DNA from: an uncultured Bacteroidota bacterium
GTDB lineage: Bacteria > Bacteroidota > Bacteroidia > Chitinophagales > Chitinophagaceae
Direction: 5' to 3'
Assembly: GCA_963718975.1 (NCBI GenBank)
Contig: CAVRBD010000007.1
Coordinates: 5,722-69,721, forward strand
DNA length: 64,000 nt
The position numbers and the translations under genes were made by a program. Under the pieces are notes generated by a model. It was not told where the DNA came from. It worked only from the letters and a program-made list of their open reading frames with translations, and made no database searches. The first letter of the stretch is position 1. Every line of letters begins with the position of its first letter. Of the stretch, positions 38,911 to 48,351 are shown piece by piece.

Positions 38911-40653
38911 AGCATATACAGCTGCTTCATATGCTTTCAGCTTTCCATCTTTAGAAGCATCAACATAATTATCAATTAAAAGTTTTGCCTTGCTTAAATC
39001 AATGCCGGTATTTACCGATGAAATTTTGCTGGTGAAATTTAGCAATATTAAAAATTTCTTTCCATTCATTTCACGCGTGTATGCATACACGTTAGGATTG
39101 TCTTTATCAAGTAAAGCATATTTCCCATAAACAAGAACGGGGTTATCTTTTCTCAGTTTCACAACCTGCCTGAAATAATTCAGGCAACTATTTGCATCAT
39201 TTTCTTCTTCCGCTGCATTTATGGCTTTATAATTTTTATTCACAGCAATCCACGGAATGCCAGTGGTGAAACCCGCATTGGCACTGCTATCCCATTGAAA
39301 TGGCGTACGGCCGTTATCGCGACAACTAAACTGGATTTCCTTCATGAATTTTTTGATATCGCCACCGGTATTTTTCAAATGCTGATATTCATTCAGCGTT
39401 GGCATATCGCGATATTCTTCAATTTTTGTGAATCCAGGGTTAGTCATCCCAAGCTCATCTCCATTATAATAAAAAGGTGTGCCTCTCATCGTCATAATAA
39501 ATGTTGCGAGCATTTTTGAAGATGGATCGCGAAAGGCTGAGCTGTCATTTCCAAATCTGCTTACCAATCTTGCCTGATCATGATTAGAAAGAAAAATAGA
39601 TAGCCAGCCTTTATTGGCAAACGCACTATCCCAACGGGTGAATACTTCCTTAAATTTTAAAATGCTATATCCTTTTGAGGTAGCCAGATTTACTCCGTCA
39701 AAAGCATAGGCCATGTTCAATTCATTCCGATCGGAATCAACAAGATCATGCGCATCTTCAAATGAATTGCCGGCTCCTTCAGCAACACTCATTACATCAT
39801 ATTTGCCGAACACTTCGCGATTCATTTCTTTTAAATAATCGTGCAGATGAGGGCCGATTGCATAATACTTCACAAAATTTTGTTCAAACCCATTTGGGAA
39901 AGATGGGAAGCTCGTGTCTTTCGCAACAAACTGAAATGCATCGAGCCTGAAACCATCAATGCCTTTGTTAGCCCAAAACTTCATGATATTATAAACTTCC
40001 TGGCGAAGTTTTGGGTTCTCCCAATTTAAGTCGGGCTGCTTGCGCGAAAAATAATGCAGGTAATAAGCGTTTGTAAGCGAATCATATTTCCATGCATCGT
40101 GATTAATATCAAACAAACTATACCGATACGGTGGCTTGCCTTTTTCAGCATCCCACCAATGATAATAATTTCTATAAGCGTTTTTTCTTGAGCTGCGGCT
40201 TTGTTTGAACCATTCATGTTCATCACTTGAATGATTCACAACAAGATCCATGATCAATTTAATTCCACGTTGATGCATACCTGAAATCAGGCTGTCAAAA
40301 TCTTTCATTGTACCAAACTCCTTCATGATATCACGGTAATTGCTGATGTCATAGCCATTGTCGTCATTGGGCGATGAATAAATCGGGTTCAGCCAAACAG
40401 CGTTGATGCCGAGGCTTTTGATGTAATCTAATTTTGAGATAATTCCTTTGAGGTCTCCGATGCCGTCGCCATTCGCATCTTTAAAACTGCGCGGATAAAT
40501 TTGATAAACAACAGCTTCTTTCCACCATTTGCGGCCTGGAATTTCCGAGCTATCATTCTTCATAGCATTATTTTGAGTTGGAGATTGACATGAAGAAATT
40601 GCAAACATGATTGGCATTGCAAAAATCGCAAACTTGAAAATTGTCTCTCGCAT
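38905..40653 (-). CDS. GH13 alpha-glucosidase lipoprotein (nucleophile context RLDAF)
   Basis: VYQIYPRSF, DNGYD, QPDLN, FRLDA, AE, NHD; lipobox ISSC. Confidence 0.9.
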   Translation of the reverse strand: MRETIFKFAIFAMPIMFAISSCQSPTQNNAMKNDSSEIPGRKWWKEAVVYQIYPRSFKDANGDGIGDLKGIISKLDYIKSLGINAVWLNPIYSSPNDDNGYDISNYRDIMKEFGTMKDFDSLISGMHQRGIKLIMDLVVNHSSDEHEWFKQSRSSRKNAYRNYYHWWDAEKGKPPYRYSLFDINHDAWKYDSLTNAYYLHYFSRKQPDLNWENPKLRQEVYNIMKFWANKGIDGFRLDAFQFVAKDTSFPSFPNGFEQNFVKYYAIGPHLHDYLKEMNREVFGKYDVMSVAEGAGNSFEDAHDLVDSDRNELNMAYAFDGVNLATSKGYSILKFKEVFTRWDSAFANKGWLSIFLSNHDQARLVSRFGNDSSAFRDPSSKMLATFIMTMRGTPFYYNGDELGMTNPGFTKIEEYRDMPTLNEYQHLKNTGGDIKKFMKEIQFSCRDNGRTPFQWDSSANAGFTTGIPWIAVNKNYKAINAAEEENDANSCLNYFRQVVKLRKDNPVLVYGKYALLDKDNPNVYAYTREMNGKKFLILLNFTSKISSVNTGIDLSKAKLLIDNYVDASKDGKLKAYEAAVYAL

Positions 40654-40661
40654 AATTATAT

Positions 40662-40713
40662 TTTTTTTATTATGTACCCTTCTGCATTGCTACTGTGTGG
40701 CATCGTTGCGTCG
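40662..40713 (-). repeat. Dispersed ~60-nt repeat, minus-strand copy preceded by a GC hairpin
   Basis: cgacgcaacgatgccacacagtagcaatgcagaagggtacataataaaa; tcccgcc-ccg-ggcggga upstream. Confidence 0.6.
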
Positions 40714-40794
40714 TCCCGCCCGGGGCGGGATGCATTTGAAATTCGATTGGGCAATGTGCATCTCCCTGATTAAATCTAAATACAGCAATTTCAT

Positions 40795-41112
40795 TTCTTC
40801 TCCGGCCTGAAGGCCGGAGCTAGTCGAAAGCAACATCACTTTTTCTTTTTAAAAACAATTCGCGCATCTGCACATTTCAATTTCGCAAATTATTATAATT
40901 TTCTTCTCCGGCCTGAAGGCCGGAGCTAGTCGAAAGCAACACCACTATTTCTTTTTAAAAACAATTCGCATATGCGCGCATTTTCTAATTCGCGAATTAT
41001 AACAATTTTCTCCTCCGGCCTGAAGGCCGGAGCTAGTCGAAAGCAACATCACTATTTCTTTTTAAAAACAATTCGCATATGCGCACATTTTCCAATTCGC
41101 AAATTATTATAA
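40795..41112. repeat. Three tandem 106-107-bp units, each with the hairpin ctccggcc-tgaa-ggccggag
   Basis: Hairpins start at 40800, 40906 and 41013. Confidence 0.92.
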
Positions 41113-42903
41113 CTCATATACCACCGATTCATAAGGTTTCAATTGTCCATTCATTGATGCATCAGCGTAATTATCAATCAGCACTTTGGCTTTGCTCACA
41201 TCAATTCCGGTATTTGCTGAAGCGGGCTTGTTCGTAAAATTTAAAAGCACTAATAATTTCTTTCCATTCAATTCTCTCGTGTATGCATACACGTTAGGAT
41301 TGCCTTTGTCAAGCAATTCATATTTCCCATAAACCAGGATCAGATTGTCTTTTCTTAGTTTCACTACTTTCCTAAAATAATTCAGACAGCTATTTGCGTC
41401 TATTTCTTCAGCGGCAACATTTATGGTTTTATAATTGGGGTTCACATTGATCCATGGCGTAGCTGTGCTGAAACCTGCGTTGGCAGTGCTATCCCACTGA
41501 AATGGCGTGCGGCTGTTATCTCGTGCTGAAATTTTTTGCGCATTGATAAATTCATTCAAATCACCTCCCTTATTTTTTATTTGCTTGTACATGCTGATGG
41601 ATTCAATATCCCTGTAATCATCAATCTTATCAAATTTAATATTATTCATTCCGAGCTCATCGCCACCAAAATAATAAGGTGTCGCTCTCATTGTCATTAA
41701 AAATGTCGTAAGCATTTTTGAAGAAAGTTCTCTCCATTCCGGCGAGTCATTTCCCCAGCGCGTTACCATTCTCGGCTGATCGTGATTGCCGAGATAAATG
41801 GTGCCCCAACCTTTTTCTTCAAACACACTATCCCATTTTGAATAAATATTTTTGAATTCAGTGAGCTTGTATCCGTTCGGATCCATCACTTTAAATTTGT
41901 TCGGTAAATAACCAAGGCTCACACCTTCAAAGTGATAAAGCATATTCAGTTCATGCCGGTCTTCATCAACAAAATTATGCGCTGTTTCGGTGGTAACACC
42001 CGCCCCTTCGGCAACCGACATGCAATCATACTTGCTTAAAACCTGATCATTCATTTCTTTTAAATAATCATGTAAATGCGGGCCGCTTGCTAAATATCTA
42101 TCCCAACCTCCGCCATATTTTTCATCAATATCTTTTTGGGTAACAACTGGAAACGTGGTGTCCTTCGCAATAAACGGGATAACATCCATCCTAAAACCAT
42201 CCACTCCTTTTTTGAACCAAAAATTCATCATGTTAAAAATTTCAGTGCGAACTTTTGGGTTTTCCCAATTCAAATCTGGTTGTTTGAAAGAAAAATAATG
42301 CAGGTAATAAGCCTTTGTTGCGGGTTCAAAGCGCCAGCCACTTCCGTCCACTTCAAATGAGCCCGGCCGAAATGGCGGCTTCCCTTTCTCTGCATTCCAC
42401 CAATGATAATAATCGCGATAAGGATTTGTGCGCGAGCTGCGAGATTGCTTAAACCATTCATGTTCATCGCTTGAATGATTCACCACTAAATCCATCACCA
42501 GCTTTAACCCACGTTGATGCATACCTGAAAGCAGCGAATCAAAATCCGCCATCGTTCCAAATTCTTTCATGATATTTTGATAGTCGCTGATATCATACCC
42601 ATTATCCGCATTCGGCGATGCATAAATTGGGTTCAGCCATATTACATCAATGCCCAGGCTTTTTACATAATCCAATTTGGAAATGATCCCTTTCAAATCG
42701 CCAATACCGTCACCGTTTGCATCTTTAAAACTGCGCGGATAAATTTGATACACCACGGCTTCCTTCCACCATTTGCGGCCGGAAATTTCTGTGCTGTCAT
42801 TTTTCATATCATTATTAGTTGCAGGGGAATGGCAAGATAAAATTGAGAAGACAATCGCACTCAATAGCATTGAGGGCTTGAAAAACGAATTTGGCATAAG
42901 CAA
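41107..42903 (-). CDS. GH13 oligo-1,6-glucosidase-like lipoprotein (nucleophile context RMDVI)
   Basis: Same GH13 motifs as 38905..40653; lipobox ILSC. Confidence 0.9.
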   Translation of the reverse strand: MLMPNSFFKPSMLLSAIVFSILSCHSPATNNDMKNDSTEISGRKWWKEAVVYQIYPRSFKDANGDGIGDLKGIISKLDYVKSLGIDVIWLNPIYASPNADNGYDISDYQNIMKEFGTMADFDSLLSGMHQRGLKLVMDLVVNHSSDEHEWFKQSRSSRTNPYRDYYHWWNAEKGKPPFRPGSFEVDGSGWRFEPATKAYYLHYFSFKQPDLNWENPKVRTEIFNMMNFWFKKGVDGFRMDVIPFIAKDTTFPVVTQKDIDEKYGGGWDRYLASGPHLHDYLKEMNDQVLSKYDCMSVAEGAGVTTETAHNFVDEDRHELNMLYHFEGVSLGYLPNKFKVMDPNGYKLTEFKNIYSKWDSVFEEKGWGTIYLGNHDQPRMVTRWGNDSPEWRELSSKMLTTFLMTMRATPYYFGGDELGMNNIKFDKIDDYRDIESISMYKQIKNKGGDLNEFINAQKISARDNSRTPFQWDSTANAGFSTATPWINVNPNYKTINVAAEEIDANSCLNYFRKVVKLRKDNLILVYGKYELLDKGNPNVYAYTRELNGKKLLVLLNFTNKPASANTGIDVSKAKVLIDNYADASMNGQLKPYESVVYEL

Positions 42904-42950
42904 AAGTTTTATTAATGGAAAGCTTTAATAAATGTATGAACAATTTTAGA

Positions 42951-43155
42951 AGGCACAAGGAGATAAGACAGAAGGTACAAGGCACAAGGCACAAGGTACA
43001 AGTTACAAGAAACAAGATTCAAGACTTTCAATGAAGAGCTTATCTTGTTTTGTATTCTTCCTTGCTTTTTTGATTCTTGCTTCTTGCGACTTGATTCTTG
43101 TTCCTTGTTACTTGATTCTTGTTTCATGATTCTTGTTTCTTGCCCCTTGTGCCTT
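42951..43155. repeat. ~205-bp imperfect palindrome built from heptamer arrays
   Basis: (NNNcaag)n left arm; (cttgNNN)n right arm. Confidence 0.85.
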
Positions 43156-43184
43156 AATTTTGCAGCCTGTTACAGATTAGCACT

Positions 43185-46146
43185 ATGAATGAGATGAAAG
43201 AAAAGCTTGAGCAATTAACCACACAACTGGAAGGAGAATTTTATTTTGATGATGCAATAAGAACATTGTATGCAACGGATGCTTCTGCATACAGAGAAAT
43301 GCCACTTGCGGTAGCCATCCCAAAATCAATTGATGATATAAAAAAATTGATTGCGTTTGCGCATGCTCAAAAAACTTCGCTTATACCACGAACCGCCGGC
43401 ACATCATTGGCCGGACAAGTTGTAGGAAATGGCATTGTCGTTGATGTGTCAAAAAATTTCACACAAATTCTTGAATTCAACAAAGAAGAAAGATGGGTTC
43501 GGGTTCAGCCAGGCGTTATTCGCGATGAATTGAATATGTTTTTAAAACCGCATGGTTTTTTATTTGGCCCGGAAACTTCCACTGCAAATCGCGCAATGAT
43601 TGGCGGAATGGTTGGCAATAATTCTTGCGGCTCAAATTCTATTATTTACAGAAGCACGCGTGAGCATTTGCTGGAAGTGAAAGCAATATTAAGTGATGGA
43701 ACCGATGCAGTATTTAAAACATTAACAATTGATGATTTTCATAACAAATGCGAAGGAAATAATCTTGAAGCAAATATTTACAAAACCATCCGCAGCTTAT
43801 TAAGCAATTATGATAATCAGATTGAGATAAGAAAAGAGTTTCCTAAAAAATCTGTTGAAAGAAGAAATACCGGTTATGCAATTGATGTGCTTCTTGATTC
43901 AGCTCCATTTACAGCAGGGGAAAAAGATTTTAATTTTTGTAAACTGATTGCAGGCTCTGAAGGAACACTTGCATTTATTACCGAAATAAAATTGAATGTT
44001 GTTCCGCTTGCCGCCAAAAGAAATCGGATTAATGTGCGTGCATTTCAACAGCATTGATGAATCGCTTCGTGCAAATTTGATTGCACTGAAATACAAGCCA
44101 AGTGCAAGTGAGCTGATCGATCATTATATTCTGGAATGCACAAAAGGAAATATTGAACAAAGCAAGAACCGTTTTTTTGTGCAAGGAGACCCGGGCGCAA
44201 TTTTAGTAATTGAATATGCAAGAAATAGTCGCGAAGAAATAACTGAGATCACCAACAAAGTGGAAACTGAAATGCGTGAAGCTGGGTTGGGTTATCATTT
44301 TCCTTTGTTGTTTGGAGAAGATACAAAAAAAATATGGGCATTGCGAAAAGCAGGACTGGGCTTGCTTGGCAACATGCCAGGCAGCGACAAAGCTGTGCCT
44401 GTTATTGAAGATACTGCCGTTGATGTGAATGATCTTCCTGCAATACATCCGCGAGTTCAATGAGATTTTAAAGAAATACAATCTGCATTCTGTGCATTAT
44501 GCGCATGCGGGTTCGGGTGAAATTCATTTGCGGCCGATATTGAATTTGAAAACTGAAGAAGGAAATAAATTATTCAGAACCATTGCGCAGGAAATTGCAG
44601 CGCTTGTAAAAAAATATAATGGATCATTAAGCGGCGAACATGGTGATGGAAGATTGCGCGGGGAATTTATCAAACAAATGGTTGGAGAAAAAAATTATGA
44701 GTTGTTAAAGGAAATTAAAAAATCATGGGATCCTGAAAATATTTTTAATCCGGGAAAGATTGTTGACACCCCGCCAATGAATACGATGCTGCGTTATACA
44801 CCCGGGCAACAAACACCTGAATTCAAAACACATTTTCGTTTTTATAATCAGGATGTGTTGCAGCATGCCGAGCAATGTAATGGCTCCGGCGATTGCAGGA
44901 AAACGCAATTATCCGGCGGAACGATGTGCCCATCATTTATGGCTACCCGTAATGAAAAAGATACCACAAGAGCGAGAGCAAATATTCTTCGTGAATTTCT
45001 TACCAACTCAGAAAAGGAAAACCGATTTGACAATAAAGAAATTTATGAAGTGATGGATTTGTGCCTGAGCTGCAAGGGATGCAAATCTGAATGCCCGTCA
45101 AATGTTGATGTTGCCAAATTAAAAGCCGAGTTTATGCAGCATTATTATGATGCAAACGGAGTTCCATTTCGTTCGAAGCTGATTGCAAATTTCACAAAGT
45201 CTGCAAAACTCGGGGCAATCATGCCGGGCATGTATAATTTTTTTGTGAAGAATTCCTTCACCGGCAATCTGATAAAAAAGTTTTCAGGATTTGCTGTTGA
45301 ACGATCAATGCCGACCATGTATAAAACAACGTTAAAAAAATGGTATGAGAAGACATAAGGCGAAAGGTATAAAGCAAAAGACAGAAAACGTTGACTCAAC
45401 CTTACACGTTAAACCTAAAACCTTATACTTTTTCTGCGATGAATTCACAAACTATAACGATACTGAAATTGGCATCAAAGCAATCTTGCTTTTAGAGAAA
45501 TTGGGCTATGAAGTAATTATTCCAAATCATGAAGAAAGCGGCAGGACCTGGCTTTCGAAAGGATTGATCAGAGATGCAAAAAAAATCATTAATAAAAATA
45601 TTTCATTGCTAAGCCCGGTTATTTACCGAACAAACTCCTTTGATCGGTATTGAGCCTTCAGCCATTCTAACTTTCCGTGATGAATATATTGATCTTGCTG
45701 ACGATGAAAATTTTGAAGCTGCAAAAAAATTGTCAAAAAATGTTTTTTTGATTGATGAATTTATTGCTGCTGAAATTGAAAAAGGAAATATCAAAAAAGA
45801 ACAATTCACGAAAGAAAAAAAATCCATTCAATTGCATGGGCATTGTCAGCAGAAAGCATTGTCTTCTGTTACGCCATCGGTAAAATTATTATCATTTCCT
45901 GAAAATTATTCTGTTTCAACAATTCCTTCCGGTTGTTGCGGCATGGCGGGTTCTTTTGGTTATGAAAAAGAACATTATGATTTGTCGATGAAGATTGGCG
46001 AATTGGTTTTGTTCCCAACCGTGCGCAAACAAACTGATGATGTGATTATTGCTGCGCCCGGCACAAGTTGCCGGCATCAAATAAAAGATGGAACAAAGAA
46101 AATTGCAAAACATCCGGTAGAGGTTTTATATGAAGCATTGGCCTGA
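43185..46146 (+). CDS. FAD-linked oxidase / Fe-S oxidoreductase (YdiJ/GlcD-GlcF-like), four frame breaks
   Basis: PRTAGTSL.GQ, SGEHGDG, C..C..C...CP clusters, GCCGMAGSFG; +1 breaks near 44008, 44442, 45350 and 45623. Confidence 0.85.
45350..45428. repeat. Heptamer inverted repeat embedded in the oxidoreductase CDS
   Basis: ataaggc gaaaggt ataaagc ... cttacac gttaaac ctaaaac cttatac. Confidence 0.55.
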
Positions 46147-46223
46147 ACAGAGATTTGGGAGATTGATATAATAAATGATTTCTCCGTGCAATTCTCATAA
46201 TTCTCTAGGTTCACTGTGGGCTA
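46147..46223. mobile_element. Gene-less MITE-like relative of the GxxExxY cassette
   Basis: Right arm ctccgtgcaattctcataattctctaggttcactgtgggcta aligns to 57831..57871; left arm gagatttgggaga is complementary. Confidence 0.55.
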
Positions 46224-46245
46224 ATTCTTTCAAAATAGCACTTCA

Positions 46246-46306
46246 GTTGAAGAGTGCGACGCAACGATGCTGAACCGGAGTTACTGCAGCTTGTACCATA
46301 AAAAAA
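46246..46306 (+). repeat. Dispersed ~60-nt repeat, copy 2
   Basis: gaagagtgcgacgcaacgatgctgaa...ttgtaccataaaaaaa. Confidence 0.7.
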
Positions 46307-46403
46307 GATACTCATTAACGTTAGAGCTTTTTGCAAACAGCTTGTTAACCCATCACCCAATCAACTTTTTGCTGTACCTTCATTCACTTTAAATTTTATA
46401 ACC

Positions 46404-47606
46404 TTGCCTACTATTCCAGCACGCATCAAGCAATTCAATACTGCACGCCTCCAGAAATGTTTGCCGATCAAATACAAACTGATGGCACAAAATGCTTTTA
46501 GTTTTTTTCGGGGCACCTGCCATTTGTTTTATGAAGACCTTTCGAAAACGGCCGACTTGCCGGAAAGCCCACTGACATGGGTTTGCGGCGATTTGCATTT
46601 AGAAAATTTCGGCAGCTACAAAGGCAATAACAGATTAGTGTATTTTGATCTGAACGACTTTGACGAAGCGGCACTGGCTCCTGCAGCGTGGGAACTGGTG
46701 AGATTGGTAACCAGCATTTTTGTGGGGTTCGATTCATTTTCGATCGACCCTTCTGAAGCGAGGGATGCGGCAGCTTACTTTTTGAAAATTTATTCCGACA
46801 CGCTGAGCAAAGGCAAAGCAAAATATATTGAAGCGCAAACTGCAGACGGGATTGTAGAAATTTTTTTAGACAATGTTGCACTAAGAAAGCAAAAGGAACT
46901 TCTTCGCGAACGCACAATCGAAAAAAAAGGAAAGCTGATATTCCGCATCGATAATGATCGCTTGCTTAAGCTTGACGCGGGGATAAAAAAAGAACTGATT
47001 GCTTTTCTCGACAAATGGCTGAAAGCAAATAAGAAATATAAATCGGGTTTCAAAGTTTTGGATGCTGCATTTAGGATCGCAGGCACCGGAAGTATTGGTG
47101 TGTATAGATATGCATTCCTGATAGAAAAAATGGAGTCGCCCGGAAAATATATTTTGGTTGATATGAAGCAGCAACCGAATTCTTCACTGCAACCGTTCCT
47201 TGCTGCGCCGCAGCCAGCATGGGCTGCAGAGGCTGACCGGGTTGTCGCCGTTCAGCAAAGAATGCAAAATGTATCGCCTGCTTTTTTAAGCGGTGTTGCA
47301 TTCAAAAACAATTCTTATGCATTAAAAGAACTTCAGCCAATTGCCGACAAAATCAATTTCAAGGTAATAAAAGATAAGCTGAAAGACCTTAAAAAAGTAA
47401 TTGAAGACATGGCAATGTTAACAGCATCGGCTCAATTGCGAAGCTCAGGCCGCCAAGGCAGCGCCATTGCAGATGAACTGATTGCATTCGGCCAAAACCA
47501 GGATTGGCAGAAAAAAATTATTGATTATGCCATCGGCTATTCAGCTCAGGTAAAAAAAGATTACGAAGAATTCGCAAAAGCATACAAGAAAAAATATTTT
47601 TCTTAA
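46404..47606 (+). CDS. DUF2252 family protein (kinase-like)
   Basis: FFRGTCHLF, CGDLHLENFG, FDLNDFDE, GTGSIG. Confidence 0.85.
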   Translation: MPTIPARIKQFNTARLQKCLPIKYKLMAQNAFSFFRGTCHLFYEDLSKTADLPESPLTWVCGDLHLENFGSYKGNNRLVYFDLNDFDEAALAPAAWELVRLVTSIFVGFDSFSIDPSEARDAAAYFLKIYSDTLSKGKAKYIEAQTADGIVEIFLDNVALRKQKELLRERTIEKKGKLIFRIDNDRLLKLDAGIKKELIAFLDKWLKANKKYKSGFKVLDAAFRIAGTGSIGVYRYAFLIEKMESPGKYILVDMKQQPNSSLQPFLAAPQPAWAAEADRVVAVQQRMQNVSPAFLSGVAFKNNSYALKELQPIADKINFKVIKDKLKDLKKVIEDMAMLTASAQLRSSGRQGSAIADELIAFGQNQDWQKKIIDYAIGYSAQVKKDYEEFAKAYKKKYFS

Positions 47607-47617
47607 TAAATTACATC

Positions 47618-48254
47618 ATGCATTTGCCGGAAGAAATCATTTGGAAAATCATTTTATCAATTATTATAGGCGGCTTAATTGGTGCCGAACGGGAATATCG
47701 CAGTAAGTCGGCGGGCTTTAGAACGCTGACTTTAATTTGTGTTGGGGCAACTTTATTTACAGTTTTCTCTCAATTAATTGGCGCGCCCGGAAACCCCGAT
47801 CGCATTGCATCGAACATTGTTACAGGTATTGGCTTTGTTGGCGCAGGTGTTATTTTCAAAAGCGATTTTGGCGTTAAGTGGCATTACCACAGCTGCTATG
47901 ATTTGGACAACTGCTGCTCTGGGAATGGGCATTGGCGCAGGTTATGAGCTTGTTTCTTCAATCGCCTGCGGCATTATATTGATCATGCTTTTTGTGTTCA
48001 CTAAATTTGAAAGGTGGATTGACAAATCCAATCAGACACGTAATTACAGGATTGTATGCGAGTTTCATAATGAAACTTTGAAAGCATATGAAGAGTGTTT
48101 TAAGAAACATTACCTGACATTCAAGCGGGACAGAGAAACCAAAGCCGGCAATTTAATAACAGGTGAATGGCTGGCAAGAGGCGCTGAGAAAAATCATCTG
48201 AAATTTGTAAATGAAATTTTGAATGATCCTTCGGTAAAAGAGTTTTCGTACTAA
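47618..48254 (+). CDS. MgtC/SapB family protein, +1 frameshift near 47876
   Basis: IGAERE...AGFRT, DRIASNIVTGIGFVGAG, GITTAA. Confidence 0.85.
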
Positions 48255-48256
48255 GT

Positions 48257-48350
48257 TGGGAAGACGGAAAGTCAGCAAAGACTGAAAGTCGGAAAGTCCG
48301 GAAGAAAGAAGTTCCGGATTTTGTATTTTCTTTCTGACTTACCGACTTGT
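48257..48350. repeat. aagtcgga octamer inverted repeat
   Basis: aagacgga aagtcagc aaagactg aaagtcgg aaagtccg ... ctgactt accgactt. Confidence 0.75.
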
Positions 48351-48351
48351 G

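Noticed and set aside
40795-41112. CRISPR array (regular spacing; the conserved block ends in GAAAGCAAC)
   Set aside because: The intervening ~70-nt segments are near-copies of each other rather than unique spacers, and there are no cas genes in the window
42912-43127. ORFs 42912..43127 (minus) and 42815..43015 (minus)
   Set aside because: Low-complexity translations of the heptamer arrays (KKQES, CTLCL), with no evidence of being genes
1107-47877. Programmed frameshifting or phase variation
   Set aside because: The runs are only 2-4 nt, show no shared slippery motif, and hit unrelated genes including coaBC; sequencing error is simpler
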